A stretch of 64,000 nucleotides of DNA from Mobula hypostoma. Taxonomy: Eukaryota. The stretch covers positions 25,048,001 to 25,112,000 of the forward strand of contig NC_086108.1 of NCBI RefSeq assembly GCF_963921235.1, read 5' to 3'. Every line of letters begins with the position of its first letter. The stretch's first letter is position 1. Below the pieces are notes generated by a model, which did no database searches, was not told the origin of the DNA, and worked only from the letters and a program-made list of their open reading frames with translations. The translations under genes were made by a program, and so were the position numbers. Of the stretch, positions 26,067 through 39,589 are shown piece after piece.

Positions 26067-26189
26067 TAACTCTTTTTGGGAATAACTGTTTGGTCTTTTA
26101 CAGCCACTTGAGAAAACAAATAGATCCTCAGATTAAAATTTTATCTGAAAGATGGTGATCCCTCAGCATTGATCTGAAGAGTCAGCCTA
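26067..26189 (-). mobile_element. Deu-domain SINE remnant, inverted partner of 18741-18866
   Basis: The reverse complement aligns to 18741-18866, including an identical 27-nt stretch. Confidence 0.7.
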
Positions 26190-27144
26190 CAGATACACTT
26201 TCAAGCATGTTGGAGGGCTAAAATTACTATAAAATACATATTTTGAAAGTAGTACTCAACGAATACAGGTAAGTGGTTAATAAATGAATACATTTGAGGA
26301 ATAGTAAATGGGGACAGGGGTAACCCTTGTAATAGTTATGGACAGGAGAGGCAGTGAGACCATAAATGATGGAAATGGAACAGACATGGTCAAGAGTCCT
26401 GTCATGTGTGGTAGGGAAGGTACTGAAGGAGTTTTAAAAGTTTATTTCTATTATCTATTGATATTTGCTTTAGACTGTATATTTAGGAACATTTTGGACA
26501 AATTACTTATCAATTTTTGAACTCATCAGTATGAGCAGCTGTCAAGAAATTCTTGTACAATCCAAAGGATGGGTCACGTAGATCTACCAACAGGGCAACA
26601 ATGACCTTGTTGCCTAATATCTACTGAAGATGCTTCAAAGGGAAGTGAATGGTATTGCATAATTTTGGCACTTTGGGGAAACGGTTGAGGTGAATTGATG
26701 TATTAGGTTCTATGTGCGTGTGTGAGTTTCTATATTTGCATGGGCAATATCGGTCTCATCCCTGGCACCAGAATTATAGTGTGAGAGAGGTAATCAGGAA
26801 TGGAACAACTAAATGCTTCTATTGGAAGAATGTGGGAGATGGTAGGTGGGACAGGTGACAGAGAAGGAGGGCCAGGGGCAGAGTGGTAGCACAGGTGCAG
26901 CTCTGAAACATCAGGCAAGGTCATTGGATTCCCAACAACTGGCTTATTGATGTCTCTCTGGTGCTTTCCACTCCTGCCCCTCCTTTCCCCCATTTCCCAA
27001 CCATGATTCCCCTCTCCCTATCCCCTTCCCACTCTCAATTTACAACACAGACCCATATCAGAATCAGCTTTATCATAACTCAGATATGTCATGGAATTTG
27101 CTTTTTTTTGTGGCAGCAGTATAGGGCAATATATAAAATTACCA

Positions 27145-27211
27145 CAGTACTGTGCAAAAGTCTTAAGTGCCCTAGCTATATCCATGTGTCAAAGACCTTT
27201 ACACAATATTG
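27145..27211. mobile_element. TIR-only Tc1-like mini element
   Basis: CAGTACTGTGCAAAAGTCTT...AAGACCTTTACACAATATTG-TA. Sister copies lie at 56196 and 56601. Confidence 0.7.
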
Positions 27212-27544
27212 TAACCTTACATTTAATGTCTCAGTCGATGAAGCCAAGAATGCACATACTCTCCTTGCCATCCTGTTCACTTTCAGGAATCTTTGTACTT
27301 GCACTCATAGGGTTCTGTTCTATAGCACTCTGCCATTCACTGTGTATGCGTTGCCCTAATTTAATTTCTCAAAAGGCAGCCTTTTGCACTTCTCCTTGTT
27401 AAATTCAATTTATTCTACCTTTGCCCTCTTTACCAGTTATATTCCCTTAAGCAACCTTCCCTGCTGCCCACGATACCAACAATTTTCATGTCATCGGCAA
27501 ACATACTAACTATGCCACTGAGATTCTCATCCAGATTGTGTTCA

Positions 27545-30050
27545 ATCAGAATCAGAATCAGGTTTAATATCATCAGCATATGCCGTTAACTTTGCTGTCT
27601 TTGCAGCAGCAATACAATGCAGTACATAATAATATCAAAAATGTGAATTATAGTAGGTATATATATGAAAGAGTTAAATTAAATAAGTAGTGCAAAAATA
27701 GAAATAAAACAGTAGTGAGATAGTGTTCATGGTTCCAATGTCCATTCAGAAATCAGATTGCAGAGGCGAAGAGGTTGTTCCTGGATCACTGATCATGTGT
27801 CTTCAGGCTTCTGTAGCTCCTTCCTGATGGCAGCAATGAGAACAAGGCATGACCTGGGTGATGGGGTCCGCAATGATGGGCGCTGCTTTTTTGAGGCATC
27901 ACTCCTTGAAGATGTCCTGGACAATACAGAGGCTAGTGCCCATGATGGAGGTGACTAATTTTATAACTCTCTGCAGCTTATTTTGACCCTGTGCAGTAGC
28001 ACCACCCTTCCCCCGCCCCTACCAGGCAGTGATGCAGTCAGTTGGAATGCTCACCACGGTACATCTGTAGAAATCTGCAAGTGTCTTTGGTGACATACCA
28101 AATCTCAAACTCCTAAAAAAAATAGCCACTGTTGTGCCTTCTTTGTAGCTGCATTGCCATGTTGGGTCCAGGATTGATCCTCAGAGATACTAACACCCAG
28201 GAACTTGAGATTGCTCACTCTTTCCACTTCTGATTGCTCTATTAGGACTGGTTTGTGTTCCCTTGTCTTACCCTTTCTGAAGTCCACAATAGTCCTTTGG
28301 TCTTAGTGACGTTGAGTGCAAGGTTGTTGCTGTGACATCACTAAACTATCTGGTATATCTTGCTCCTGTACGCCCTCTTTTTCCACTGAGGCAAGAGGAG
28401 AAAAAAAACAGAGGACATGGGTTAAGGGTGAGGGAGGAAAAGTTTAAAGGGAACATTAGGGGGGGCTTTTTCACACAGAGAGTGGTGGGAGTATGGAATG
28501 AGCTGCCAGATGAGGTGGTAAATGCGGGTTCTTTTTTAACATTTAAGAATAAATTGGACAGATACATGGATGGGAGGTGTATGGAGGAATATGGTCCGTG
28601 TGCAGGTCAGTGGGACTAGGCAGAAAATGGTTCGGCACAGCCAAGAAGGGCCAAAAGGCCTGTTTCTGTGCTGTAGTTTCTATGGTTTCTATGGTTTCTT
28701 ATCACCATCTGAAATTCTGTCTACAATAGTTGTATTGTCAGCAAATTTATAGATGGTATTTGAATTGTGCCTAGCCACATAGTCATGGGAGTGAGGAGAG
28801 CAGTGGGCTAAGAGCACATTCTGATGTGCACCAGTGTTGATTGTCAGTGAGGTGGAGATGTTATTTCCCATCCGCACAGATTGTTGTCTTTTGATTAGGA
28901 AGTCGAGGATCCAATTGCAAAGGGAAGTTCAAAGGCCCAAGTTCCGGAGCTTTTCAATCAGAACTATGAGAATGATTGTGTTAAACGCTGAACTGCAGTC
29001 AATAAACAGCATCCTAACATAGGTATTTATATTGTACAAGTGATCCAAGGCTGCATGAAGAGGCAAGGAATTCACATCTGCCGTAGAATTCACACACCTA
29101 TTGTGGTGATAGGCAAATTGCAGAAGGCCCAGCACCTAGCTGAGACAGCAATTAATTCTAGCCATAAACCACCTCTCAAAGCACTTCATCACTGTAGAAG
29201 TGAGCACCACAGGATGATCATCATTAAAGCAGATCACCCTGATCTTCTTGGGCACTGGTATAAAAGATCCCCTTTTGAAGAAGGTGGGAACTTCTGACTG
29301 TAGCATGAGAGATTGAAAACGTCTTTGAACGCCTCTGCCAGTTGGTTGGCAGAGGTTTCGGAGTCCCACCAGGTACTCCATCTGGGCCTGTCAACTTTCA
29401 ACCATTTGAAAGACAGCCTGACATTAGCCTCCCAGACAGATCATTGGGTCACCGAGCCATAGTTTTATTCTCCCTTACAAAGCGTGCATTAAAGGTGTTG
29501 AGTTCATCTGCAAGTGAGGCATCACTGTCATTCATGATGTTAGATTTCACATTTGGAGGAAGAAATGGCCTGCAAAACCTGCCAGAACTGATATGCAACT
29601 GATTCCACCTCCAACCTCATTGGAATTCTTTCTTTCTTCTTGAGCTAGCCCTCCATAGGGTGTACCTGGTTTTCTTGCACAGACTTGAATGCCACAGATT
29701 TGGCCCTCAGCAGACTACAAATCTTCTGGTTCATCCACGGCTTTTGATTTTGGCATGTACAGTATGTTCTCACAGGTACACACTCATCCACACAGGTTTG
29801 AATGAAGTCAGTGACAGCTGTGGCGTACTCACTCAGACTTGAAGTTGAATCCCTGAATACAGTCCAGTCCACCGATTCAAAACAGTGCTGTAAGCACTCC
29901 TGCATCTCCCTTGTTCATATCTTCTTGGTTCTCACTACTGGTGATGCAGTCTTCAGTCTTTGCCTACACACTGGAAGTAGAAGTACAGGCAGGTGATAAG
30001 ACTTTCCAAAGTGTGAGTGTGGGATAGCACGGTAAGTGCTCTTGATGGTA
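27545..30050 (-). mobile_element. Rex/Babar-type LINE (about 2.1 kb), interrupted by a CR1 3' end
   Basis: (ATCAGA)n tail. Fragments [43 protein letters not shown] and LQHCFESVDW. Confidence 0.9.
28377..28699 (+). mobile_element. Young CR1 3'-end insertion
   Basis: Nearly the reverse complement of 19623-19945. It splits the Rex sequence TACGCCCTCT|ATCACCATCTG. Confidence 0.93.
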
Positions 30051-30076
30051 GGTAAGTCATTTGGAGCAGCTAGTGT

Positions 30077-31545
30077 ACAGCCCACGGTTCTGAAAGAGGT
30101 AGCTGAAGAGATTGAAGATGCACTAGTAATGATCTTTCAAGAATCACTAGATTCTGGAATGGTTCTGGAGGACTGGAAAATTGCAAATGTCACTCCACTC
30201 ATCAAGAAGGGAGAGAGGCAGAAGAAAGGAAATTATAGGCCAGTTAGTCTGACCTCAGCGGTTGAGAAGATGTTGGAGTTAATTGTTAAGGATGTGGTTT
30301 TGGAGTACATGGTAAAACAGGTTGTAGTTAGCATAGTTTCCTCAGGGGAAAATCTTGCCGGACAAATCTGTTGGAATTATTTGAAGAAATAGCAAGCAGG
30401 ATAGACAGAGGAGAATCGGTCGATGTTGTGTGTTTGGAATTTCAGAGGGCCTTTGAGAAATTGCCTCACATGAGGCTGTTTAACAAGTTACACCCCATCA
30501 TATTACAAGAAAGATTCTAGCATGGATAAACCCATAGCTGACTGGTGGGAGGCAAGAGTGGAAATAAAGGGAGCACTTTTCTGGTTTGCTGCTAAGTTAT
30601 ATGTTAATGATTTGGATGATGGAATTGATGGCTTTGTTGCAAAGTTTGCATATGATAGGTGGAGAGGCAGGTAGTTTTGAGGAAGTAGGGGCTAGAGAAG
30701 GACAGACAGATTAGGAGAATGGGCAAAGAAGTGGCAGATGGAATACAGTGTCAGGAAGTGTATGGTCATGCACTTTGGTAAAAGAAATGGAAGGGTTAAC
30801 TATTTTCTAAATGGAGAGAAAATACATGAAACTGAGGCACAAAAGGACTTGGGAGTCCCTGTGCAAGATTCCCTAACGATTAATTTGCAGGTTGAGTCTG
30901 TGCTGAGGAAGGCAAATGCGATGTTAGTATTCATTTCAAGAGGATTATGAGAATATAAAAACAGTGATGTAATATTGAGACTTCATTAAGCACCAGTGAG
31001 GTCTCACTTATTGTGAGCAGTTTTGGACCCCTTATCTTAGAAGGGATGCGCTGAAACAAAGTTCAAAGGAGATTCACGAAAATTATTCCAGGTTTGAATG
31101 GCTTGTCATATGAAGAGCATTTGATGGTTTTGGGCTTGAATTCATTGGAATGAAAGGTGACCTAATTGAAACCTATTGAATGGTGAAAGGCCCTGACAGA
31201 GTAGATGTGGAGAGGATATTTTCTATGGTGAGAGAGTCTAAGACCAGAGGACACAGCCTCAGAATTGAGGAGTGTCCTTTTAGAATGGAGATAAGGAGTA
31301 ATTTCTTCAGTCAGAGGGTGGTGAATTTGTGGAATTCTCTGCCACAGGCAGTTGTGGTGGGCAAGTCTGTATGTATATTTAAGGCAGAGTTTGATAGTTT
31401 CTTGATTGGTTAGAGAATGAAGGGATATGGGGAGAAGGCAGGAGACTGAGGCTGAGAGGAAAATTGGATTAGCCATGATGAAATGCCAGAGCAGAACTAA
31501 TGGCCCAAATGGCTAATTCTGCTCCTATGTGTTATGGTCTTATGG
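30077..31545 (+). mobile_element. CR1-type LINE, degenerate
   Basis: [27 protein letters not shown] and FFSQRVVNLWNSLP motifs. TCTTATGG-type tail. Confidence 0.92.
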
Positions 31546-31746
31546 AGGCGTAACTGTGGTCCAGTGTTTTGGTTTCTTTTGTACTACAAATGATTTGTTG
31601 GTGATAGTTATTGAGAGACTTTTTAAAGTTGGCCTCGTTAAAATTCCAGGAGAGGAGCACAACTGGCCTCCCACCTATCACTGAGCTAGAAACACTCTCA
31701 AAATGCAATCATGACTGAAGACTATTAGCAGCCTATTTCTTTCATT

Positions 31747-32288
31747 TATACTTTATACTTTATACTTTATTGTCACCAAACAATTGATACTAGAACATAT
31801 AATCATCACAGCGATATTTGATTCTGCACTTCCCGCTCCCTGGATTTAAATATTAAAAATAGTAAAAATTAGTAAATATAAAAATTTAAATTATAAATCA
31901 TAAATAGAAAATAGAAAAATGGAAAGTAAGGTAGTGCAAAAAAACCGAGAGGCAGGTCCGGATATTTGGAGGGTACGGCCCAGATCCGGGTCAGGATCCG
32001 TTCAGCAGTCTTATCACAGTTGGAAAGAAGCTGTTCCCAAATCTGGCCGTATGAGTCTTCAAACTCCTGAGCCTTCTCCCGGAGGGAAGAGGGATGAGAA
32101 ATGTGTTGGCTTGGTGGGTCGTGTCCTTGATTATCCTGGCAGCAATGCTCCAACAGCATGCGGTGTAAAGTGAGTTCAAGGACGGAAGATTGATTTGTGT
32201 GATGTGCTGCGCCGTGTTCACGATCTTCAGCAGCTTCTTTCGGTCTTGGACAGGACAACTTCCATACCAGGTTGTGATGCATCCTAGA
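31747..32288 (-). mobile_element. Rex/Babar-type LINE 3' end (subfamily with a (TATACTT)n tail)
   Basis: IIKDTTH..LPSGRRLRS...RFGNSFFP..IRLLN. The heptamer tail is at the left end. Confidence 0.88.
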
Positions 32289-32395
32289 TTTAAAATCTAC
32301 AAAGCTGCTTTACTGAATATTTTCAACATCAATTAAACAACATTTAACTTAGAGAGGCAAATCAGAAACTCTGCTTATTCAGAACAATGCCAAAC

Positions 32396-33482
32396 AGCCC
32401 ATCAGGAAGAAGGTACAGGAGCCTCAGAACCCACATCACCAGGTTCTAGAACAGTTACCATCCCTCAACAATCAGGCTCTTGAACCAAAGGAAATAACTT
32501 CACTCAACTTCACTTACCCCATCATTGAAATATTCTCACAATCTATGGACTTACTTTCAAGGACTCTTCATCACATGTTCTTGATACTCACCTATTATTA
32601 TTAGTTCTGCTTTTATATACTTGCTCATTTTATTATTTTCTGTACTCTGGTTGAACGTCCCAGTAAGTAGTCTTTCTTTGATCCTGTGATATTTATCATT
32701 CTATAGATTTAGATTTAGATTATGAGGACACTCAGTCCTCGTTTATTGTCATTTAGAAATGCATGCATTGAAAAGTGCTACAATGTTCCTCCAGTATGAT
32801 ATCACAGAAACACAAGACAGACCAAGACTAAAAATGACAAAAACCACATAATTATAACATATAGTTAGAACAGTGCAAAGCAATATCGTAATTTGATAAG
32901 AGCAGACCATGGGCACGGTAAAAAAAAGTCTCAAAGTCCCGATAGCCCCAACATCTCACGCAGATGGTAGAAGGGAGAAACTCTCCCTGCCATGAGCTTC
33001 CAGCACCGCAAACTTGCCGAAGCAGCATCCTGGAAGCACCCGACCGCAGCCAACTCTGAGTCTGTCCGAAAACTTCGAGCCTCCGACCAGCCCTCCAACA
33101 CCAAGCACCGAGCACCATCTCTGCCGAGTACTTCGACCCCGACCCCGGCTGCCAAGCAACAGGCAAAGCCGAGGATTCGGGGCCTTCCCCTCCGGAGATT
33201 CTGGATCACACAGTAGCAGCGGCAGCGAAGCAGGCATTTCAGAAGTTTCTCCAGATGTTCCTCCGTGCTCTCACGTCCGTCTCCATCAAATCAGAATTGT
33301 GCATGGCCTCCTACTTGACAGATTACAGATATTCATCACCGGAGAGGCCGCGCACGCTGCATCGCGCCGCCATCTTCTTCTCCTCCCGATTTATTAAGTA
33401 TGCCCACAAGAAAATGAATTTCAAGGTTATACTGCATATGGTGACATATATATACTTCGATATTAATTTTACCTTGAACTTC
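32396..33482 (+). mobile_element. Rex-type 3' end, interrupted by a non-autonomous element
   Basis: PSGRRYRSLR..TRF.NSY remnant at 32396-32480. The 3' UTR resumes at 33388 after the insert. Confidence 0.7.
32712..33387 (-). mobile_element. Non-autonomous retroposon with a GC-rich head and (TCTAAA)n tail
   Basis: The 5' end reads GGAGGAGAAGAAGATGGCGGCG and the 3' end AATAAACGAGGACTGAGTGTCCTCATAATCTAAATC. Flanked by GATTTA on both sides. No credible ORF. Confidence 0.75.
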
Positions 33483-34196
33483 CTACTTTATTCTGGATAC
33501 CATCATAAGCACTTTATTCTCAGCAGATGGTACATTATGAAACATTTTAGACTCCATGTCATTGATACACATTACAAAGCCAATCCAATTTTATTCGGTG
33601 AAGAAAGCTCAGTACAATTAGCTAGTGAATATTTAAATCTCACTCTCTGGTAACATACAACATTAAAAAGGAAGGAAAACAGCTGATCTACAGAAAATCA
33701 ATCACACACTAACCATTGTTCCAAACTGTTTTTGTGAATGTGAAACCAGATATCAGTAGCCGGTATTTATTTTCCTCTTTGGTTCTTTGAACACATTTTT
33801 TCCTTGCAGCTATTAAGCTCCATCTGAATTTTGTTGTATGTTAGTCATGCACTTACATAATGATCCACTTGGGTATTAACACTTCAATATTAAGCATCTT
33901 GCAGTGATCAGTTCTTATTTCAATAATTCTCCATTGATAATTACACATGATAGAATATTGATGGTTTAATCATTCCAATATGTTTCTAATGATCATACCT
34001 AATTGTTCTATGCTGTGACAAAGAGCTTATTTATGCATGGGGAAAAGAAAATAGCTTTAACTGGCTTGCGATTCCCCAATCCTATGTAAAAGACAGCAGA
34101 GCATTAAAAAAGCCACAGACTGGAAAATTCCTCTTGCTTTTACTGACAAACAGGAATCATAATGAAATGATGTTGGATGACAGGGTTTAGACAATC

Positions 34197-34368
34197 AAGG
34201 AGACACAAGAGAGTGCAGCTAGGAAGTAGAAAACAGACTGTAAGAGAAAGTCTGTGAGTCGAGCACCATCTATGCAGGCAGAGGAATGGTCAACCATCCC
34301 TTTGTCTCCACAGCTCTTCCATGAACTGCTGAATTCCTCTAACAGCTTGCTTTTTTTTTGCTCCAGAC
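34197..34368. repeat. Degenerate inverted Penelope-type terminal repeat pair
   Basis: Decayed inverted arms of the 52626 family, with the centre lost. Confidence 0.5.
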
Positions 34369-34424
34369 AGATTTTGTTCCACCGCAGACTGGTAAACACG
34401 AGGAGCTAAAAAGAACTAGTATAA

Positions 34425-35480
34425 AGTTTAATATGTTGTGAAATTTGTTGTTTCGTGGCAGCAGTACATTGCAAGACATAATAATAAAAGCTATATAAAA
34501 AACTAAATATGTAGTGCAAAAAGAGAGGGAAAATATGGAGGAAGTGCTCATGGGTTCATTGTATATTCAGAAAATTGATGGTAGTGGGGAAGAAGTTGTT
34601 CCTGAAACATTGAGTGTGTGTCTTCAGGCCCCTGTACCTCCTCCTTGATGGCAGCAATGAAAAGATGGCGTGTCCTTCGTAATGGAGGTCCTTAATGATG
34701 GATGCTGCCTACTGTATTTGAGGCCACGATTTGAAGGTGTCCTGGATGCTGGGGAGGCTAGTGTCCATGATAGCTGGCTGAGTTTACAACTTCCTGCAGC
34801 TTTTTTCCAGTCCAGTGTAGTAGCCCCTCCAGAGCAGATGGTGATGCAACCAGTTAGAATGCTCCTCATGGTACATCTATAGAAATCTGCAAGTGTCTTT
34901 GGTGACATATCAATTCTCCACAAACACCTAATAAAGTAGAACTGCTGCCATCACTAATTTGTGATTGCATCAGTGTGTTGAGCCCACAATAGATCCTCTG
35001 AGATTTTGACACCCAGAAACTCGAAACTGGTCACTCTTTCCACTGCTGATCCCTTGATTAGGACTGGTGTGTGTTCCCTTGACTTCTCTTATCCTGAAGT
35101 TCACAATCAATTCCTTGTTCTTACTGACGATGAGTGCAAGGTTGCTGCTGCAACACCACTCAACCAGCTGATCTATCTCACCCCTGTATGCCTCCTCGTC
35201 ACCACCTGAAATTCTGCCAACAATAGCTGTGTCATTGGCAAATTTATAGAAGATGTTTGAGCTCTGCCTTGCCACACAGTTGTGGCTGTAGAGAGAGTAG
35301 AGCAGTGGCTAAACACGCATCATTGAGGTGCACCAGTGTTGATCATTAGCGAGGGGGAGATATTATCTCTGATCTGCACAGACTGTGGTCTCCCGGTAAG
35401 GAACTTGAGGATCCAGTTGTAGAGGGAGGTACAGAGGCTAAGGTTTTGGAATTTTTTGATTACAACCGAGAGCATGATCG
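34425..35480 (-). mobile_element. Rex/Babar-type LINE, degenerate
   Basis: YKFANDTAIVGRI, LVEWC..NLAL and FYRCTMRSILTGCIT fragments. Confidence 0.88.
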
Positions 35481-35959
35481 TTAAACATTTAATTCATTCT
35501 AAGTGGATGTCCCTGATTGAATATGACTATATTGTGCTAGCCAAGTGGGTGTAGAATGTTGGAAGGGTAGGGCAGTTTAAGTGACCACTGAAACATCTTT
35601 TTTTTTAGCAAATTTATGGTTAGGGTTTAGTCTGCCTCCCTGAGATGTTGGCTGTAAGAAGAGTTAGGGCTCCAGGACAGTATGTGGGTCAACGCTAAGT
35701 GCAGTCTGCTGGCCAGAATCATGAAAATCTGGACCAAATCCCTTGTTAACATGCACAATTAACACAAGAAAATAAACAAGTATTCCGCAGCATTAGCCAT
35801 GATTAATGGACTGCCCTAGTTAAGAGAACAGTGTGGAAATCAAGCAGGATGCAGCAAGTCCGCAGGAGGACTATAAAAGAAGATGAAGAGGAAGTAAGAG
35901 AATATACCAACGAACTAGACATCCAATATAAAAGGCAACAATAAAGTATTTTGAGAGAA

Positions 35960-36155
35960 TAAAAATAGAAAATTCTAGCTCCAGACAGCTGGTCAGGCAA
36001 CAACAGGTTTAATGTTTCAGGTTTAAAGATCTTTGTCAGATTTGTCTTAGACCTCCAACCTGAAATATCAAACCTGTTCTCCTTTCTTCAGATGAAGTTT
36101 GACCTATTGAGTATTTTCTTGATTTTTATTTTGTATTTCTAGCATCTTCGGTTTG
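35960..36155. repeat. Degenerate inverted Penelope-type terminal repeat pair
   Basis: CAGCTGGTCAGGCAA...TTTCAGG is inverted against CCTGAAA...GACCT...TTTCTAGCATCT. Confidence 0.5.
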
Positions 36156-36399
36156 TAGATTTTCAAATCTTGTGAAGGAGTGGATATGGGTGAAGCTAAT
36201 GAACCATCAGGAGCATTATGAAGTAGATTATGTAGATTTGAGATAAGTTGCCAAAGGAACCAGAGGGGTATTGAGGGGATATTCAATGCACAGTGAGTAC
36301 CTGTGACCTCTAATACACTGTTTGTATGGGAGGCAGCAGCTGCTTCAAGATCAGAGTTCAGAAGAAAATAATTGTGATTGAATATTTTTTTTAAAAAAA

Positions 36400-37345
36400 T
36401 GTCCGGCCACCTCAACCTGATCCACTTCTGCTTTTCTCCCTCTGCAACTGGATCCTTGATTTTCACATCGGCAGACCACAGTCAATAATGATTGGTAATA
36501 ACATCTCCTTGTTGACATTCACCACAAGTACACATGACAGACTGCTCTACTCGCTATACACGTTGTAAGGCCAGGTGTAGCTCAAACACCATAAATAAAT
36601 TTGTCAATGACATCATTATTATTGGCAAGATCTCAGATAGTGACATAGTGCAGCTGGTTGAGTGACATTGCAACAGCAACCTTGCTCTCAAAGCCAGTAA
36701 GACCAAAGAATTGATTGTGGACTTCAGGGAGGGGAAGTCAGGAGAACACACACCAGACTTCATTGAGGGGTCAGCGGTGGAAAGGGTAAGCAGCTTCAAG
36801 TTCCTGGGTGGCGACGTCACAGAGGATCTATGCTGAGCCCAATATAAGAAGGTACACCAGTGGCTATATTTCATTAGAAGTTTGAGGAGACTTGGTATTT
36901 CACAAAAGAGCCTGCAAATTTCTACAGATGTACCATGGAGAACATTTGAACTGGTTGCATCTCCACCAGGTATGGAGGCTGCAGATAGCTGTCGACTTAG
37001 CCACCTCCATTTCAGGCACAACCCCACCCACCATCAAGGGCTTCTTCAAAAGGCAGTGCCTCAAGCAGGTAGCATATATCATTAAGGGCACACACCATCT
37101 GGGACATGCTCTCTTCTCATTATTACCAGCAGGAAGGCACACACTCAATGTTTAAGGAACATTATTTTCTTCTCGACCATCAGATTACTGAACGGTCGAT
37201 GAACCCATGAACACTACCTCACTATTCCACTTTTGCACTACTTATCTATATATTTCTCACTCTAGCTTATAGGAATATTTTGCTGCTGCTACAAAAAAAA
37301 TTCATGACACATGTCCGTGATAATAAACTTGATTCTGATTCTGAT
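36400..37345 (+). mobile_element. Rex/Babar-type LINE, degenerate
   Basis: SKTKELIVDF, SFKFLG and IIKG.HH.GHALFSLLP fragments. (ATTCTG)n tail at 37331-37345. Confidence 0.88.
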
Positions 37346-37884
37346 TTTAATAGACAAAGGCATTGGAAGAGGCTGACAAATTCACTCTAAGATACAGATT
37401 TAATTCTTTTAGAGAAGCTACTGTATGTGACTAGGATTTAATCCATACTGTATGTTCCCAGAGTTTAACGTAATCTGGAAGGGGAAGGTCAAAGTGGCAG
37501 AGTTCATTATTTATAGAGCTCTTATTTGGCTAGAGGAGCAGGAGTGATTCCCCACCCTTTAACACACACAACCTGCCAACCTCCTCAACAACTGGACCAT
37601 TGCTTCCACTGTGTGATCACAAAGCCATCCTTTCTCAACAACTCTTTGCAAGCCCTCTGCTCTCTGAACTTTCTTAGCTCCCCATTCCATTAGTCTCCAT
37701 GTCATATCTCTCTCTTCCTAACATGTCTGATGTCTTCCCGACACTCCATTACACCCTCCAATCCCCCTCAGACCCACAGATCTGCATCCCAAACAGCAGA
37801 ATGTAATATGTTCCTGGGCCACAATGCCTTTTCCAATGATACTTGCTCGATAGTGAGGCAAGCCTATCATTTATACTGGTTTGT

Positions 37885-38315
37885 ATAGAACACAGAGCAG
37901 TACAGCATGGGCATAATATCTGTGCCAATCACAATGCCAATTTAAAATGCACATATGCTTTCTTTCTCTGCCTGTTCCTGAGTGTTGAAATGCCTCAAAT
38001 GTTACTATTGTATCTACTTCTGCCACCATCACTGGCAGCACATTTCAGCCACCTACCATTCTCTGTCAAAAAAAAGTCATGTACTTCTCCTTTAAGCTTT
38101 TCACTTTCGCTCTAAACCTCTGCTTTTCAGTATTTGTCATTTTTAACCTTCTAGCTGCCCTGTATATTTTAGTCATAATTTGATCTACTTCTATCAGGTC
38201 TCCTATCTGCTTCAATACTCTAGAGAAGACAATCCAAGTCTGTCCAAATTCTCCTTATAGCTCATACCCTCGAATCTCAGCAACATCCTGGACCTCTTCT
38301 GCACCATTTCCAAGG
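37885..38315 (-). mobile_element. Old CR1 3' fragment
   Basis: ATAGAACA-type tail and a decayed ORF2 C-terminus. Confidence 0.6.
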
Positions 38316-39589
38316 TGTAGAATCTGTTCTGAATAATTTATTGGAGTTGAAACCCAAAATGTCTTTTCCCAATGACATACTGTACAGGAATAACTTATGT
38401 TCACTGGTGGGTGCCACTATAAATGACAGCCTGGGTTCTATAGTTCAATCAGGTTAGACACCTCCCCAGGTGATCATTGTAAGACTGAACTCCAAGTGCA
38501 ATTGTATTTTATATAATATAGGAATTTAAAACATAATTTAATCTCTGTTTTGATAATTCAGTTTTATCCATCAGCAACAGCAAGAACTGTAATTCTTAGC
38601 ACTTCTTTATTGCATAAAAAGATCCATAGGCTTTCATAGAAATATTTTCAGTTCATCACTTTAACTGGGGATTAAGTATTTCTCATTCTAATCAATTAAT
38701 AATTTAATCAGAGATGTGTTTCTTTGTAAATTGATGATTTAATCAGATGTCTTTGCAGCTAGGAATTTTGTCAGGTTGAGGAGAAAATACACACTTATGC
38801 ACGTCACATTTTCTTAGTTATTCTTCATATGTATGGTAGCAGTTACCCTTCCTTGACGATCCCAAAAGGAGCAGACAGAAACATCATTGGCCAGTCCAGA
38901 GTCACATATTAACCAATCTTGGCGTCAATGACCGACAAACACTTCTGAATTAAATTTTGTTTTTAACAATCAAATAGACTTCAAAGATCAAAGTTCAAAG
39001 TACATTTATAATCAAATATATATACTTTATACAATTTTGAGATTCATCTCCTCACAGGTAGCCACAAAACAAATAAACCCAATAGAACCCATTAAAACAA
39101 AAGAAGGCCATTGTGCAGAGAAAAAGAATGACTTGTGGTTATTATTAGTAATACTATTTACTTAATCCCCTGATTTGAAACTTTTTAGTTGGAATTCAAA
39201 CTAATATCCTTGAATTAATGGTCCTTGCCTCTGGATACCAGCCAAGTAGAGTTATCATTATGTCACAGTACTTGGTATGCTTGGAAACCTATATTTCTAG
39301 CCTCAATCTTGATATAGGCCATAGGCTTGGATGACACATGACAGTACTTACACTGCATAACTACTAACATTTGGACAAGGACTTGTGTAAGGTTAAAACC
39401 CTTAAGGATGTAACTGGGGGTGGTGGGGGTTGGATTATTTAATGTCATAGGGTAATAGTCACACTTCCACACATTTGAGTTGTTAATTTCTGAACACAAC
39501 TATGATTTGGGGTTAAATTATCACTGTAATTAGATATATTTTTGCACAGCAGGGAAATTAAGGGTTATACGAATTCTATATCTTATAAA

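Noticed and set aside
26260..26280. Strong donor-like CAG|GTAAGT (a similar site lies at about 8728)
   Set aside because: There is no convincing acceptor and open frame upstream. The 26.1-kb region is SINE-derived.
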